DNA of 63,048 nucleotides from Catajapyx aquilonaris (lineage: Eukaryota): contig JYFJ02002105.1 of the NCBI GenBank assembly GCA_000934665.2, forward strand, positions 1 to 63,048. The letters are read 5' to 3'. The position numbers and the translations under genes were made by a program. How positions within the stretch are numbered: position 1 is the first letter of the stretch; each line of letters opens with the position of its first letter. This document shows positions 10,606 through 22,700 of the stretch, piece after piece. Under the pieces are notes generated by a model. It was given only the letters and a program-made list of their open reading frames with translations. It searched no databases and was not told where the DNA came from.

Positions 10606-10798
10606 ATGATGGCCAGTTCATCTGATGATGAAGAAGTTCCTGATCTTGTCCCTGTCATTGAATCCACCCAATTCTCGCCGGTGCCTGTGACCATCATTAC
10701 CGGACAGTTGGGAGCTGGGAAAACGACGTTGCTCAACTATATCCTGACGGAGCAGCACCAGAAGAAGATTGCCGTAATCCTCAATGAATTTGGAGAAG
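10606..10798 (+). CDS. ZNG1: ZNG1/CBWD coding exon 1
   Basis: [17 protein letters not shown]...[39 protein letters not shown]; donor GT at 10799. Confidence 0.95.
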
Positions 10799-13700
10799 GT
10801 TTGACATGATTGTATGAGGAGGTGGAATGGAAAAAAATAAGTCTTAACCTACATGATTTTTTTTGTTAATGTGCAGGTGATGCAATGGAAAAGAGCCTTG
10901 CAATTGGACAGGAAGGAAACCTGTATGAGGAGTGGCTGGAGCTGAGAAATGGCTGCCTCTGCTGCTCTGTCAAGTGAGAACCACTCATACATTATTGTTC
11001 AGAAATTAGAAAAGCTTCAGTGTTTCTAGGAATCATTCTCGTTCTGTATACATAATTCTGTACAGTTCAGAACTAGCAACAAAATTGATAACTGGCACTG
11101 ATCTCTAGTTTTCATTAATCAAAAATTACGGTACCTTTTATGTTTGCTTGCCATTCTCTTATGATCTGTTGCAAACGTATTGCATTTCGTAATACACGAA
11201 TTTCCAATAGAATTTTCTTATTTTGATCTCCTTGTTACCTCAGCTTGAACTTGCATGCTATGCTGATGGAAGGAAGACCTTGGGATAGTAATTAACTCCT
11301 TGTAAAATCACATTATTGTCATACAAATATTTTTAGGCCTGTGTACGTAATGCACCAGGCTCACCAAGTTCATGCATCATGATAATTCTGCCCTACACAC
11401 ATTCTACTTTCCGATTCACACAGCATGAACCTTTTTGGATATATCCATACGCATGAAAGTAGTGCCCACCATGCCGGGTCCTACCGCTCCTACAACGTGC
11501 AGTTTGTGTAGCTACCACATGGGCTGCCCATGATTAGGCATTCGAATTACATGTACAGCACTGTTTCTTTGAGAAAGCCAGAGATACTGGGGACTAATTT
11601 TGCTGCGGCTCCCCGACCCCTCGGGCGTATAGATATCCAAAAAGGTTCACTCTTATGTGAATCAGAGAGTAACAGTGTGGAAGTGCAGTACTGGACACAT
11701 TAGCCGTCTCTAAATTTATTTATTTTTGTCGGCGGCAGCGCGCATAACCTGGCAACCTCGGCCGCCGGGCCAATTCAAACATCAACATATTATGGAGAGT
11801 GCTTAGTGTTCTTTCCATTGTTGCCACTGTTTACAAATCGAGTGAGTGACGCGGAGGACCCAACGACGGGTCTCTGCCTGCTTACACATCAGTAGCAAGG
11901 GATACGCAGGAAAAATGGGAAAATAATGATGTTAGAGGCAAGCCACTGGGGAAAATGTTCCCCGCTGGACTCAAAGAAAGGTTTTTGTCCACAGTGCACG
12001 AAATTCCATCCGGCATAGGAGAGGGGTAGACACCGCTTAATTAAAATCAGGGGTGCACTAATTGAAAGTGCATCAACTGACCGATTCTTTCAGTTTTTGT
12101 GTCTTTTCCCTCGGCGGAATAATAATAAGAATAATAAGAATAATAAGAATAATAACAATAATAAGAATAATCAGAGACGGCAAATGCATCCAGCACTGTA
12201 CATTCTTATATACCGAAGCAGGTTGGCGTGGTGGATTAGCCATCCGACTGCTAATCGGGAGGTCCTGGGTTCGAATCCCGGGGCCGGCAACCCTGGCCGT
12301 GGTTTTCTGTGGTTTTCCACGGCCTTTCTAGGATAATTCTGGGGTCGCTTTCGTATAATAGGCCACAGCCGCTTCCTTCCGTCCCTATCCTTGGAGGTTG
12401 AAAGGCAATGCTGGGCCAACCTCCCTAATATCAATTATAAAATGTACATTCTTATATGCAAGTGTCGATGATTCCATTATGTCTTTCAGGGACAATGGAG
12501 TCAAAGCTATTGAAAACCTGATGACTAAGAGAGGAAAGTTTGACTACATCCTACTGGAGACCACTGGCTTGGCCGATCCAGGTTCGGTATTAATTTACTA
12601 CAGCAGATTATTAAGAACAAGAGCTGATCAAAAAGCATATATGAAAAATTCCCTGATTCAAAATTTTCACACTGTCAAAAGTAGGCATAATTATGCAGAG
12701 TGGTATTTTGTGCATGTTGATAGTCCGAGCAGGGATGGCAGGGGATTGATTGACCAATGGCACTGTAAGTCAGGAGCTCTCCTGCAGTGTAATTGCAAGC
12801 CACAAAATTGTTACATTTTTCCTTTGTAAATGGTTAAGACTAGAACAGTTTACAATCCAAATCCCTCCATCATGCAGATGCAAAGAAGTATGAAAAAAGA
12901 TAAAGAGAGCCGCCTAATTTTAGGCAGAGTCAGGAAGAATTTGTACCCTCGGTAGAGGATGCATACTGACATGTGAGTTGCATCATTGCAAAGGAAAAGT
13001 TGAAAAGTATTATCCTTATCTCGCACATTTTCAGTAAGTTTTTTTTTATAGCCACACTTCATGGTGCAGCAAATTATCCAGGTGATATTCAACCTCAGAC
13101 CACATGTAGCATGTGTATCATGTTGGGTATATCTTGTATACCCATACTGTCCCTTATGTAGGATGCAAATTGCCAAAGATCATGATTTTGTGGGCTGGAC
13201 CTAATAATGATTGCCACATGTTCACTACTGGAGTTACGTCTGGCAACCCATGAGACCATGCAATAGTTCCAGCTATAGTTCTATACCAATCTTCATGGAG
13301 TCAGCTGTGGCTAGAGCCTCGTACCTCAAGAGATCGATTATTGCGTGGATAATTTGTTGTTCTACCTAAGGTGTTCACATTAAATTTTATTGAAAGTAAT
13401 GTGTTGAGAAAGATCTTGAACTCTCAGCTTTGAAATGACTGCCTTAGCTATTTGGTGGCAGCATCTTTCCTCCCATGTTTTGAGTTACACAAAATATGAG
13501 TTTTTTTTGATTTTGTTCCAATTAATTGTGGAAAAAAGTGCGATGGAATTATTTTTTTAAATACTCGCCAAAGTTAGATAAATTCTTAGGCCACTTCTCC
13601 GCATACTCACCTTTCCTATTGAGGCACTTGTCTTTTAAGTGGCACCAGCTTTTGAATGCCTAATGCGATCATAGTTCCCACCAAGTGCGAGGCTCACTCA

Positions 13701-16700
13701 GTAATTAGATTTCTCCTTACTGAAGGACACACTGCAGCCATAATTCATAGGTGATTGTGTAATGTGAATGGAGAAAAGTACACAAGTGAAAGTGCTGAGA
13801 GGAAATGGGTGTCAGAATTTTCAAGGACAAATTGATGTCCATGGTGACGAAGGTCAGGGGAGACATCTGACAATGTTGTTGAACAAGTTGACGAAGCAGT
13901 TCAACAACACCACTGGTTCAAAATTTCTGATCTGTTGGCTGATTTTCCCCTAATATTGTGGTCAGCTCTTTTTGACATGTGGTGCAGGAGAGCTGGGCGA
14001 ACACAGGCTTTGTGCCCAGCGCATTCGAGAACAACAAAGAGCTGAAAAAGTGTGTGTTAGGTTGGCTCGTTACCCATGTGGCAACCTACTATGGGGAATG
14101 CACTCAAAACCTGGTGTCACATTATGACAAGTGATTCAATCTGGAAGGCAGCTATGTGGAGAAATAGCATAAGAATGTATCTAACTTTTGTGAGCATTTA
14201 TATTTTTCTCATCACTCTGGTCTTGCTTTCATAGGTCATAAGAACTTCATTTAAAAAATTATACAGGGTGATTCTCCAGAATGGAAACCCAAACATTCCT
14301 CAATAACTTTTTAACTATGGTATGGTTCCCGATGAAAATTGACCTGTACTTACCTTGGCTCATTTTTACTGTATTTGAATGACCCTTACATGTTGGTTTT
14401 CTTCCTTACTGTGATGTGATGGTTTTGCTGATGTTTCTTGTAGTCCCATTCCTTGTGAACTGTGTCAGAGTTACGGCGACCCGACCATAAAGGCCCCGCG
14501 CCAATGTATCTCATCATCCACAATTATTCAAAAGCTAATCAAGAACAAGAATTTACATTTACTGTCCTCACAAAAGGAACTCCAATCAAACGATTAATAG
14601 AATTTACGTTAGAGAAATTACATTTATATTTTAAAATGAAGCTGAGCCAAATAAGATCTGAAAAGCTGATAGTTCACAACAGTTCCGTGTGAACTGGAAG
14701 CCAGTTGCAATACATATAGTTTAAATGCTTTGATGTACAATAATAATTACATTTTCATGTGTGGTAACATTATTGTGATTTGTTTCAGGTCCCATTGCAT
14801 CAATTTTTTGGATGGATAAGGAATTGGGAAGTGACATTTACTTGGATGGTAAGTAACAACAGAATTTATAGCTCATTTTGTCACGTATGTGATACTTTAA
14901 GCCCACAATTCACTTCATGCTAAAAGTTCATCAATTGGGAAATTCATTTTGCACTACTGTGTCTAGAAAGACAAGGCGTTATTAAGTTGTCAAAATGTTC
15001 ACACAATTGGCGCTTGCATAGCTAGACCATTTTATTTCCCATTTCAGTACTTACTGGAAGGGTCCTAAAATGCACAGCATGGTTAACTATCTGCTTGAAC
15101 AGATGCAATTGGTTACCATCCAGTGTAATGGAGGTTACCAAGGGCAATTGTCTTGCATGCGCAGTATTCGAGGCTGATGATTTTAGTGCCAAATTTACTG
15201 TATTATTGCAAGAGGCTGTTCTGTGTACAATTACTTTGCCTGTCCGCCTTTTTTGAGCAGTAACTGTTTATCCCAAATTTAATTGACTGAAGCTCAACTG
15301 AACCCCACTGGGAAATGTGATGCACTCTTTTGGCCTAAGTAATATCAGGGAGGTTTTTTCCTAGTGTGTCATCTGATTGGTAACATACTTGTTGGCCCAA
15401 AACAAGTCAAAAATATAGGGGTGAGAAATGTCGAGGGACCAACTGGCAACAAGGTAGCTAATAAGGCACATTTGGGCATCTTTGCGACAAAAGCTGCCAC
15501 TCACCCAACAGCTTTTTTTGTAGGGAGAGTGGCAAGCAGATTACTCTTACATACTTCGACCACGTCATCACTCATTGCATTGTAACAACAGTTCAAAAAG
15601 AATTGTCCCGTCGCGTCGAGCAGGCAGCCACGTGTCAGGATGAAAGGAACCAGTTACTGGTTCCTTTCATCCTGATGCCTGGCTGCCCGCTCAACGCGAC
15701 AGGACAATTCTTTTTGAACTGTTGATACAACAAATCCAGTGACAATGATTCCCAGGCGAAGAGAAAGAGAGACAGAAACTGCCTGGAAAGGCAATGTTCC
15801 ACTTTGGCACCTAAAGTTGAGGGTAATTAATCCAGGGTAATTAATGCGCACTTTAATCTACTGGGTCCATGGAAACATGAACCATAAGACGAGTAGTGAG
15901 AACAGTAATGGCTCATACCCATTCTTTCATGTGTATGCTAAGGGATGCACAACGTGTGGAGGATCTAGCCTTACTCAAGGTGTAGTTCACAAGCATTGGC
16001 TACTGGTACAGATGGAGCTAAAGACCGCAGAAGGAACATTACGACCTTCACAAATCAAATGCAGAGTACATCAACATCCGTCTAGGACTTGGCACTTATG
16101 ATAGTGATGACTCAGCCTTACCGATGCACCAGATGTGATTTCTTAATTGGCACCATCCTGTTCAATGAGCTTTTCCTGGAACAGACCAGCAACTACAGGA
16201 AACTGGCACCCTCTTAGCCTAATGCGAGGTAGATGGCCTCCCAGGCTCTTCATGTCATGGTAGGAGGAAGACATCTTGCAGGAAGAGAATCTTAACATCA
16301 TTATGTGGAAGATTCAAATCTACAAATACCATCACCTGGTCTGCAGGATGTTGCAGGAAGATCAGCAGCACCCATATCACTTTTGAGGATCTTCTTCCCT
16401 GCGATTTACCACCAAAAGGATAGTTGTGTGAATATCTTCTTTGGCAGGATGACTCTTGGGAAATTCTATAGATGTATGAAGCTCTGTTCACCTTCAAGAG
16501 ACACACACAAGAGGAATTACTAGAGTGCGAGTGACCCTTGCTGCTATGGACAGGCAGACTACCAAATGAAATGCTCAGTACAGGTGTGAGCAAGATTCCA
16601 AGTTGACCATCTGACAGATCCAGCCTTTTTGCCGGTGAGGCTCCCTTCTGGCACAAGCTTTCTTCATGAATATCCGCTACATTTTTTGATGGAGCTCCAT

Positions 16701-19700
16701 AATTGAATTGGGACATCTTTTGATGAGATGGAAGCTGCAGCAGAGGCACCCATCCAAGTCTGCCTATGCACCCAGCAATAAGACTCTCGTTTTGAGCATT
16801 TAATGTTAGTCCCTAGGCATGTGAATTCCTTCCCGGTTCTGTGGAGGAAATAAACAGTTAAATTAATTTGGCTTTCACTGAACTTCAATACCCCCTGCAG
16901 TTTGGTCACTGATGAATTCAGTGCAATCTGCATGGGGTAAACTTACAGGATTTGGCAAGGACTACCTTATGCTGAGTAGTCAATTTGTCCAGCAAATTGC
17001 ATAATTGCTCACTGAGCAAGAATGAAAGAAATGGGGTTTTCCTCATAAGACAGGTAAACACTTCCAGATAGTGTCACTTGTCACCTTTGGTTATAGCCTA
17101 CTTGTAATACGGGGTCCCAGAGAAAGAATAAGGGCCTCCTCTCCGAACTCGATGGGGGGTACACAGGGTGGAGTTCTTGGATTCTGGAAAAAGGCATGGA
17201 AACATCTTGTCAGGGTTTGATGTGGTTTCACCTAACAACTTGGTTGATGCATCAGATGCAGAATTACAGGTACTGGTTCCGAATATGACACAAACTTTTG
17301 ACAAGTTTTCTAGAGAAGAAATAATTGTAGAGATTGCGCTGCATAGGAGACATTTACGAGCAACTGAAAGCAGTGCAGAAATCTCCAACAAGTGGTTGTC
17401 AATGAAGTTTTTGGAGTTTATTGTGGATTTGGACTTTTGCGATTCAGTGCCAAATCTATCTTTGGCACTATGATTTTTTTGACTATTTGTGTGTCTATGG
17501 CTTCATGCGAGCCAAGTTTTTAGAAACTCACAATCAGACTTGAAAGGACTACCTGCGGTTCATCATGAGCCAATCAAAGCTCTGTCAAAAGCTTTGAGCA
17601 CTCTCAATTGAACATGAAGTTCTTAGCAAAAACAATTGATTTTGATGATGTAATTACTGTACTAAGTTTGTAGAGTTAAAAGCTAGAAAGCAGTATTTAT
17701 TAATGTTCTTTGGGTTTGAAAGCTGTTTAGTTTAATAGTCATAATTTTCTTTTACTGTACAAAATAATTGTGCATTTTTAAGTCACATTTTTATTGCTAA
17801 AGTTGAGCAAGCAACGCATTTATCAACTTTCATATTTTTAACAAATTTTAATGGGCTAATAGGAGACAAAAACTATGGTCAGGTAGGTCCACACAGTATA
17901 GGGTGGCTGGTGTTACACGGTTGGGGGCGGGGGTGACATCATATGTCCACCCCAGGCACCAAATGCCCTTGGTATGCTACTGCCCTGTAGTGCATCTGTC
18001 TGCATTATACCTATGAAGTTAATGGGAAGTTTCACATATTTCTTGCATCATGCATTGGTAAAAAGCGAGAATTTTACAAGTACTTCGGTTAAGTCCTTAG
18101 TTACTGTTAAGCATAGCAGAAACAGAGTGTTCCATTATGGTTAGAGCATTTTTGGCACTAAGTAGCATGTATTTAAAGCAGTTACTCTGGCCTAGTTGCT
18201 TCATGCTTATACAGGGTGTTCATGAAAAACACCGACAAACCTATATCACCCCCGACCTAGGGACCAGACGATCACATTATGTAGATGAGTGATTATCCCT
18301 GGGCCGCCTCATTACCCTGCAAATTGCCTTCAAACAGGTAGTATAAAATATCCTGGAAGTTAGGCCACCCAACGAACCCTTCCCCAGTCAGAAGGGTCTG
18401 GAAGGTCTGGTGGCCGGACTTTGTTGGTTTGTTGCCCACAGGTGGTAAGGCCTCTATGGCTAGTTACACCTGTAGATTCTATTTAAAAGTCAGAAGGAGC
18501 GATTAGGCAAAAATCGCTAATCAGCAACGAGTCAATTATCTCAGTAATGAGGCGGTGTAGACATAATGTCTCCTCTACATAAAATGACCCTCACGTTACC
18601 ATTGGCCACTGGTATCAGTTTGTCGGTGTTTTTCATGAACACCCTGTATGCTGTAGTCTATCAAAGATATTAGTCTGCTAGTAGACCAGTTTCCTAGCTC
18701 AGGGAGCATTTTCTGGGCTGATATATAAAGAATGGCATGCAATGTGTGACATAATTGCATTTCCATCTGGGTTTTGCATCTGCTCACCAAGTATTTCCCC
18801 TCAGCATACACAATTTAATTTGGTAGTACTTGTGGAAATTCTATTTAAGCCAACCTAACTGTAAGGAATGGTCCAGTACCAACTCCAAAATTGTGAGTGT
18901 CTGTCTGTAATGTCAATTCAGGATGTGTTTGAATGTCACAGTGAAATATTTTATATATACAGGGTTGGGCAAAATGTATGGCCTGATTTGAATCACGTGG
19001 TACTATGATGCTGTTTGAGCATGCAGGGGATATTGGCATGTGCTGGAGTGGGGAAGGTTTGCCATTTGCAAAAATGGTGTCGTGGTCGCCAGAGAACTGT
19101 CCATTCTTTGTGGAGACTTATTTTAAAATTTACGAGTTCCCCATAGCTCTACGAAGGATATTTCTTAGCCATTTTGAACTGGGATATCAGGACGAAGTTA
19201 TCAACCACCAGACAAACATAAGGTGGGTGAAGCAATTCCTGAACACATCATCATGCCTGGACCAGAATAGCACTGTCCAAGGACTCCTTGGACAGTGCTA
19301 TTCTAGGACACAACGGACCCCCACCCAAAGGGTATTCAACGCACCACTCCAAATTCCTGGGCTATTGGCCGTTCCAAGCGTCCAAAAAGGTTCTTCGGGC
19401 CACTTTGTCCCTTGCTTTCAATTGTTGCACAGCTGGATCTTGTAAGGATATAAGTGCAGGACATCATGGATGATGTAGCACAGGGAGTGTGCCAACATTC
19501 ATAGTGCCAAGGTGTGCCTATAACTGCTGATCACTAAGGGCTTGGGAGGGTCGGCTATGTCCTTGGATGTCCAGTGCTTTTTTGGTTTCTGATGCTGTGT
19601 CCCGGAACTGCTTCACCCCCCTCATGATTGCCTGATGGTCGGGGACTTGGTTCTGACGTCCCAGCCCAAAATGGTGAAGAAAGATCCTTCGCACAGCTCT

Positions 19701-22700
19701 GGTGGAGTAATTATTTTTAAAATAAATCTCCATGATGACTGCACGGTGCTTTGCAGATCAAGACACAATTTTTGCAAATGTCAAACCTTCCTTACTCCAG
19801 CACATGCCCATATCCCTTGCATGCTCAAACAGCACCACCGTACCACGTGATTCAAATCAGGCCATACATTTTGCCCAACCCTGTATATATATATGGGGGG
19901 GGGGGGAATCCCATGCACAATAAAAGCCTTAAAAAATTGAAGCAGCCACCCAGTATACTTGCGACACCAAAGTTCTCTCCTTGCTCATCAGAGGATTTGT
20001 AGCAAGGCCAAAATGCTGTAAAAAATATTGGATTTCAGACTCAGGCTAAAAGTCAAGCAAAGGATAGGTGATGGCTAAAAAGGCTTTTATTTCTTTGATT
20101 GGATTGCCCCTGACCTCACAAAAACTAATTCATCCTGTTTGGGTGTCATGATTTTCTTATGGAAAATAATATCTGAAGGGTTTTAAGTTGGTACAACTGG
20201 GCTTTAGACTGCCTTAAGCCAAGATTAAATGTGAGCGATTTGATCAGCGATGTGCTCACATGTGAACACATCAGCTTTACAGCTGAATACATTTTATTAC
20301 CTACATAAAAGAATTAGATTCCAAAAAGGTAGTCCTTCATATTTGAATATTCATGATATGAAATGCAACCATGCATGGAATTACCAGTACTGTACCTTCC
20401 ACTGTCATTTGTGTTGCCACTTTATTTAAAATGTGTACTGTTTCAGGAATTGTGGCAGTAATGGACTGCAAGTATGGCCTTCAGGTAAGCATAATTTCGT
20501 TCACACTTCTCTGAAAACATTCCCATTGTTTTTTTTATCAGTGGTTGAGTGGTGTGCAGGTTGTCAGCATGACGATGGATAGGTCACGAATATCACTAAT
20601 GAGTTCAGTGTAAAACTGGTGATGTTTATGCCCCAATGCAGTACGGTAATACAATATTGTAAAGTAGACAAGCTCATGGCCTGTGATATTTGATTCAAGT
20701 TGGACCATGACTACTGCGCTTTTTTGCATCACACTGCTCACACATATCAATACGTAAGACAGTGGCACTTTTCACCCAAAATTCCCATTACATGTAAGCT
20801 CAACAATAGTGCAATAATGTAAAAGGTATGATGGACTCTGTGAATTCAGCATTATAGGGTAGAGTGATGTAACTTTCTGTGTGACATAACTTGTTTTCTA
20901 CTTGCTCTACCCTATATCACCTGTTTTTGCATGCAGTACATTTAGGACATCGCTGAGGCTTCTACGATATCATTTTACAAGGTGTGTCCAGGTGTGAAAT
21001 CACTTGCAGCAAGTAAATGATAAACATTTTCTGGAAGCACTTGCTATTTTGCTAATGTTTTTCAAGTCAAAATATTTCACTGAAATGTTGTACTCCCCGT
21101 TTTTTTCCTTTCTCTCTCTCTCTCACTCCCAAGTTTGGGAGCAAGCAGTTTGAATGTAATTCCCAGTTCGACACGTAATTGAGAACTGGTCGTGCCGATA
21201 TATCCCCGTCGTGCGCACTAGTTGACAAACTTCTGCAATTAGGGAAGAGCTAACAGTCGGGGTTCCGTGAGCTCTCATCGTCGGCAAGTGGAAGGAGGCA
21301 GGGCAATAATTCCTCCAACCCACCACCCCCCTTCCAAACTGCTGTTAGCTATATAGCTATGGACTCTATACATGGTGTTTCATAATGATTCAAACCCACT
21401 TCTAGGGATCATTTTATGTTCGGTTGCAGGTGGCCGGGATCGTTAAACTCACTTGTCAGCCAAAAAGTGATAGGCCCTAATTGAAAAGGGCTACTGCCTG
21501 ATGATTTTATTCATAAAATTAAACCTGTTTTTTAACTTTCTAAAATTAAAATGGCATGGTTGCATGAAGGGACTGCATATTTGCCAGGATAGTCCATAAT
21601 TACGATTGAAGACAAATCAGTAATGAGGCTTCAGATATACCACACTACAGTCATATACTTAAATTAATCCACAGTTTCCAGGAACTCACCCTATAGACTT
21701 TTCCTCTGTTACGAAACACCCTGTGCGGAGCCTTGCTGTTCCATCAAGCCGAGGCGAGCTATCCATCCACGTACCCGCAGCGTGCATCCCATCATCCCCC
21801 TGCCTGCCTTGGCTTTGCGCCGCATCCCCTTCAGCTTATTTACCGGCAGCCACTCATCTTTTTCCATCCCACACTCTGTTGGGGAATTACACTTTCCCAA
21901 GAGAGATAGACCTCATTTCCCTGCTGCAATCCCGGGAAACCCACCCCCATCCACCCACCACCCTTACACACAAAACCAGGGGAGAGAGAGAGAGAGAGAA
22001 GCTCTGCCAAGGAAGCTAGGAGGGGTGTGCTCATATAAGAGGGCCTTGAAGTGTAAATGATCAGCCGATATTACAATCCCCAGCCCTTTGCCTTCTGGGG
22101 GGCAAAGGCAATAGTACTGTTTGGCTCCCTGGAAAATGTGACAGGTGAATCAGCACCACTGTTGCGCACAGAGTACTGACATATTCGACAATGAAGAGCT
22201 GGGAACCATTAAGACACATCAGTTTATTTGACTGCCGAAACTGACGATTTTATAATTTTGTAATGAATTTCATAAATTGTCAGTGTGGCTCAAAGATATG
22301 CATGCTCTACAAAAAAAATAATAAAAATTAATAAAGTGAGGCTTGAGTTCATTGCATGAAACACATTTTACCATTGCCGATGAATAGGTTTTCCATATGC
22401 TACAGAGAGTTATTTTTTGAAGAACTGAGATACATGCATGGGAAAAAAAATTGGTTCTGTGTTTGACGTTCAAAAGTTTTTCATTTACTTTGGTTACTAT
22501 TCATGTCAAGTTGCTTGTGAAACAGATATTACAAGTACTTATCATGACTAGTGGATTTTCCAATCACTTCTCCCTTGCTGTTGCATGTGCCCCCGACAGC
22601 CATTCAACCAACCATACATATCCCCTTGAATCTGGGCCGCCCACATTTAAATTTTCCTACTAAATCCCGGAAATTTTATAAGGAAATAGAAAAAAAATAG

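Noticed and set aside
12217..12290. Possible tRNA gene
   Set aside because: No proper acceptor stem, continues into a SINE body and is enclosed by a TSD.
15900..16950. Possible decayed retroelement in intron 4
   Set aside because: Composition suggests old TE sequence, but no diagnostic motif could be read.
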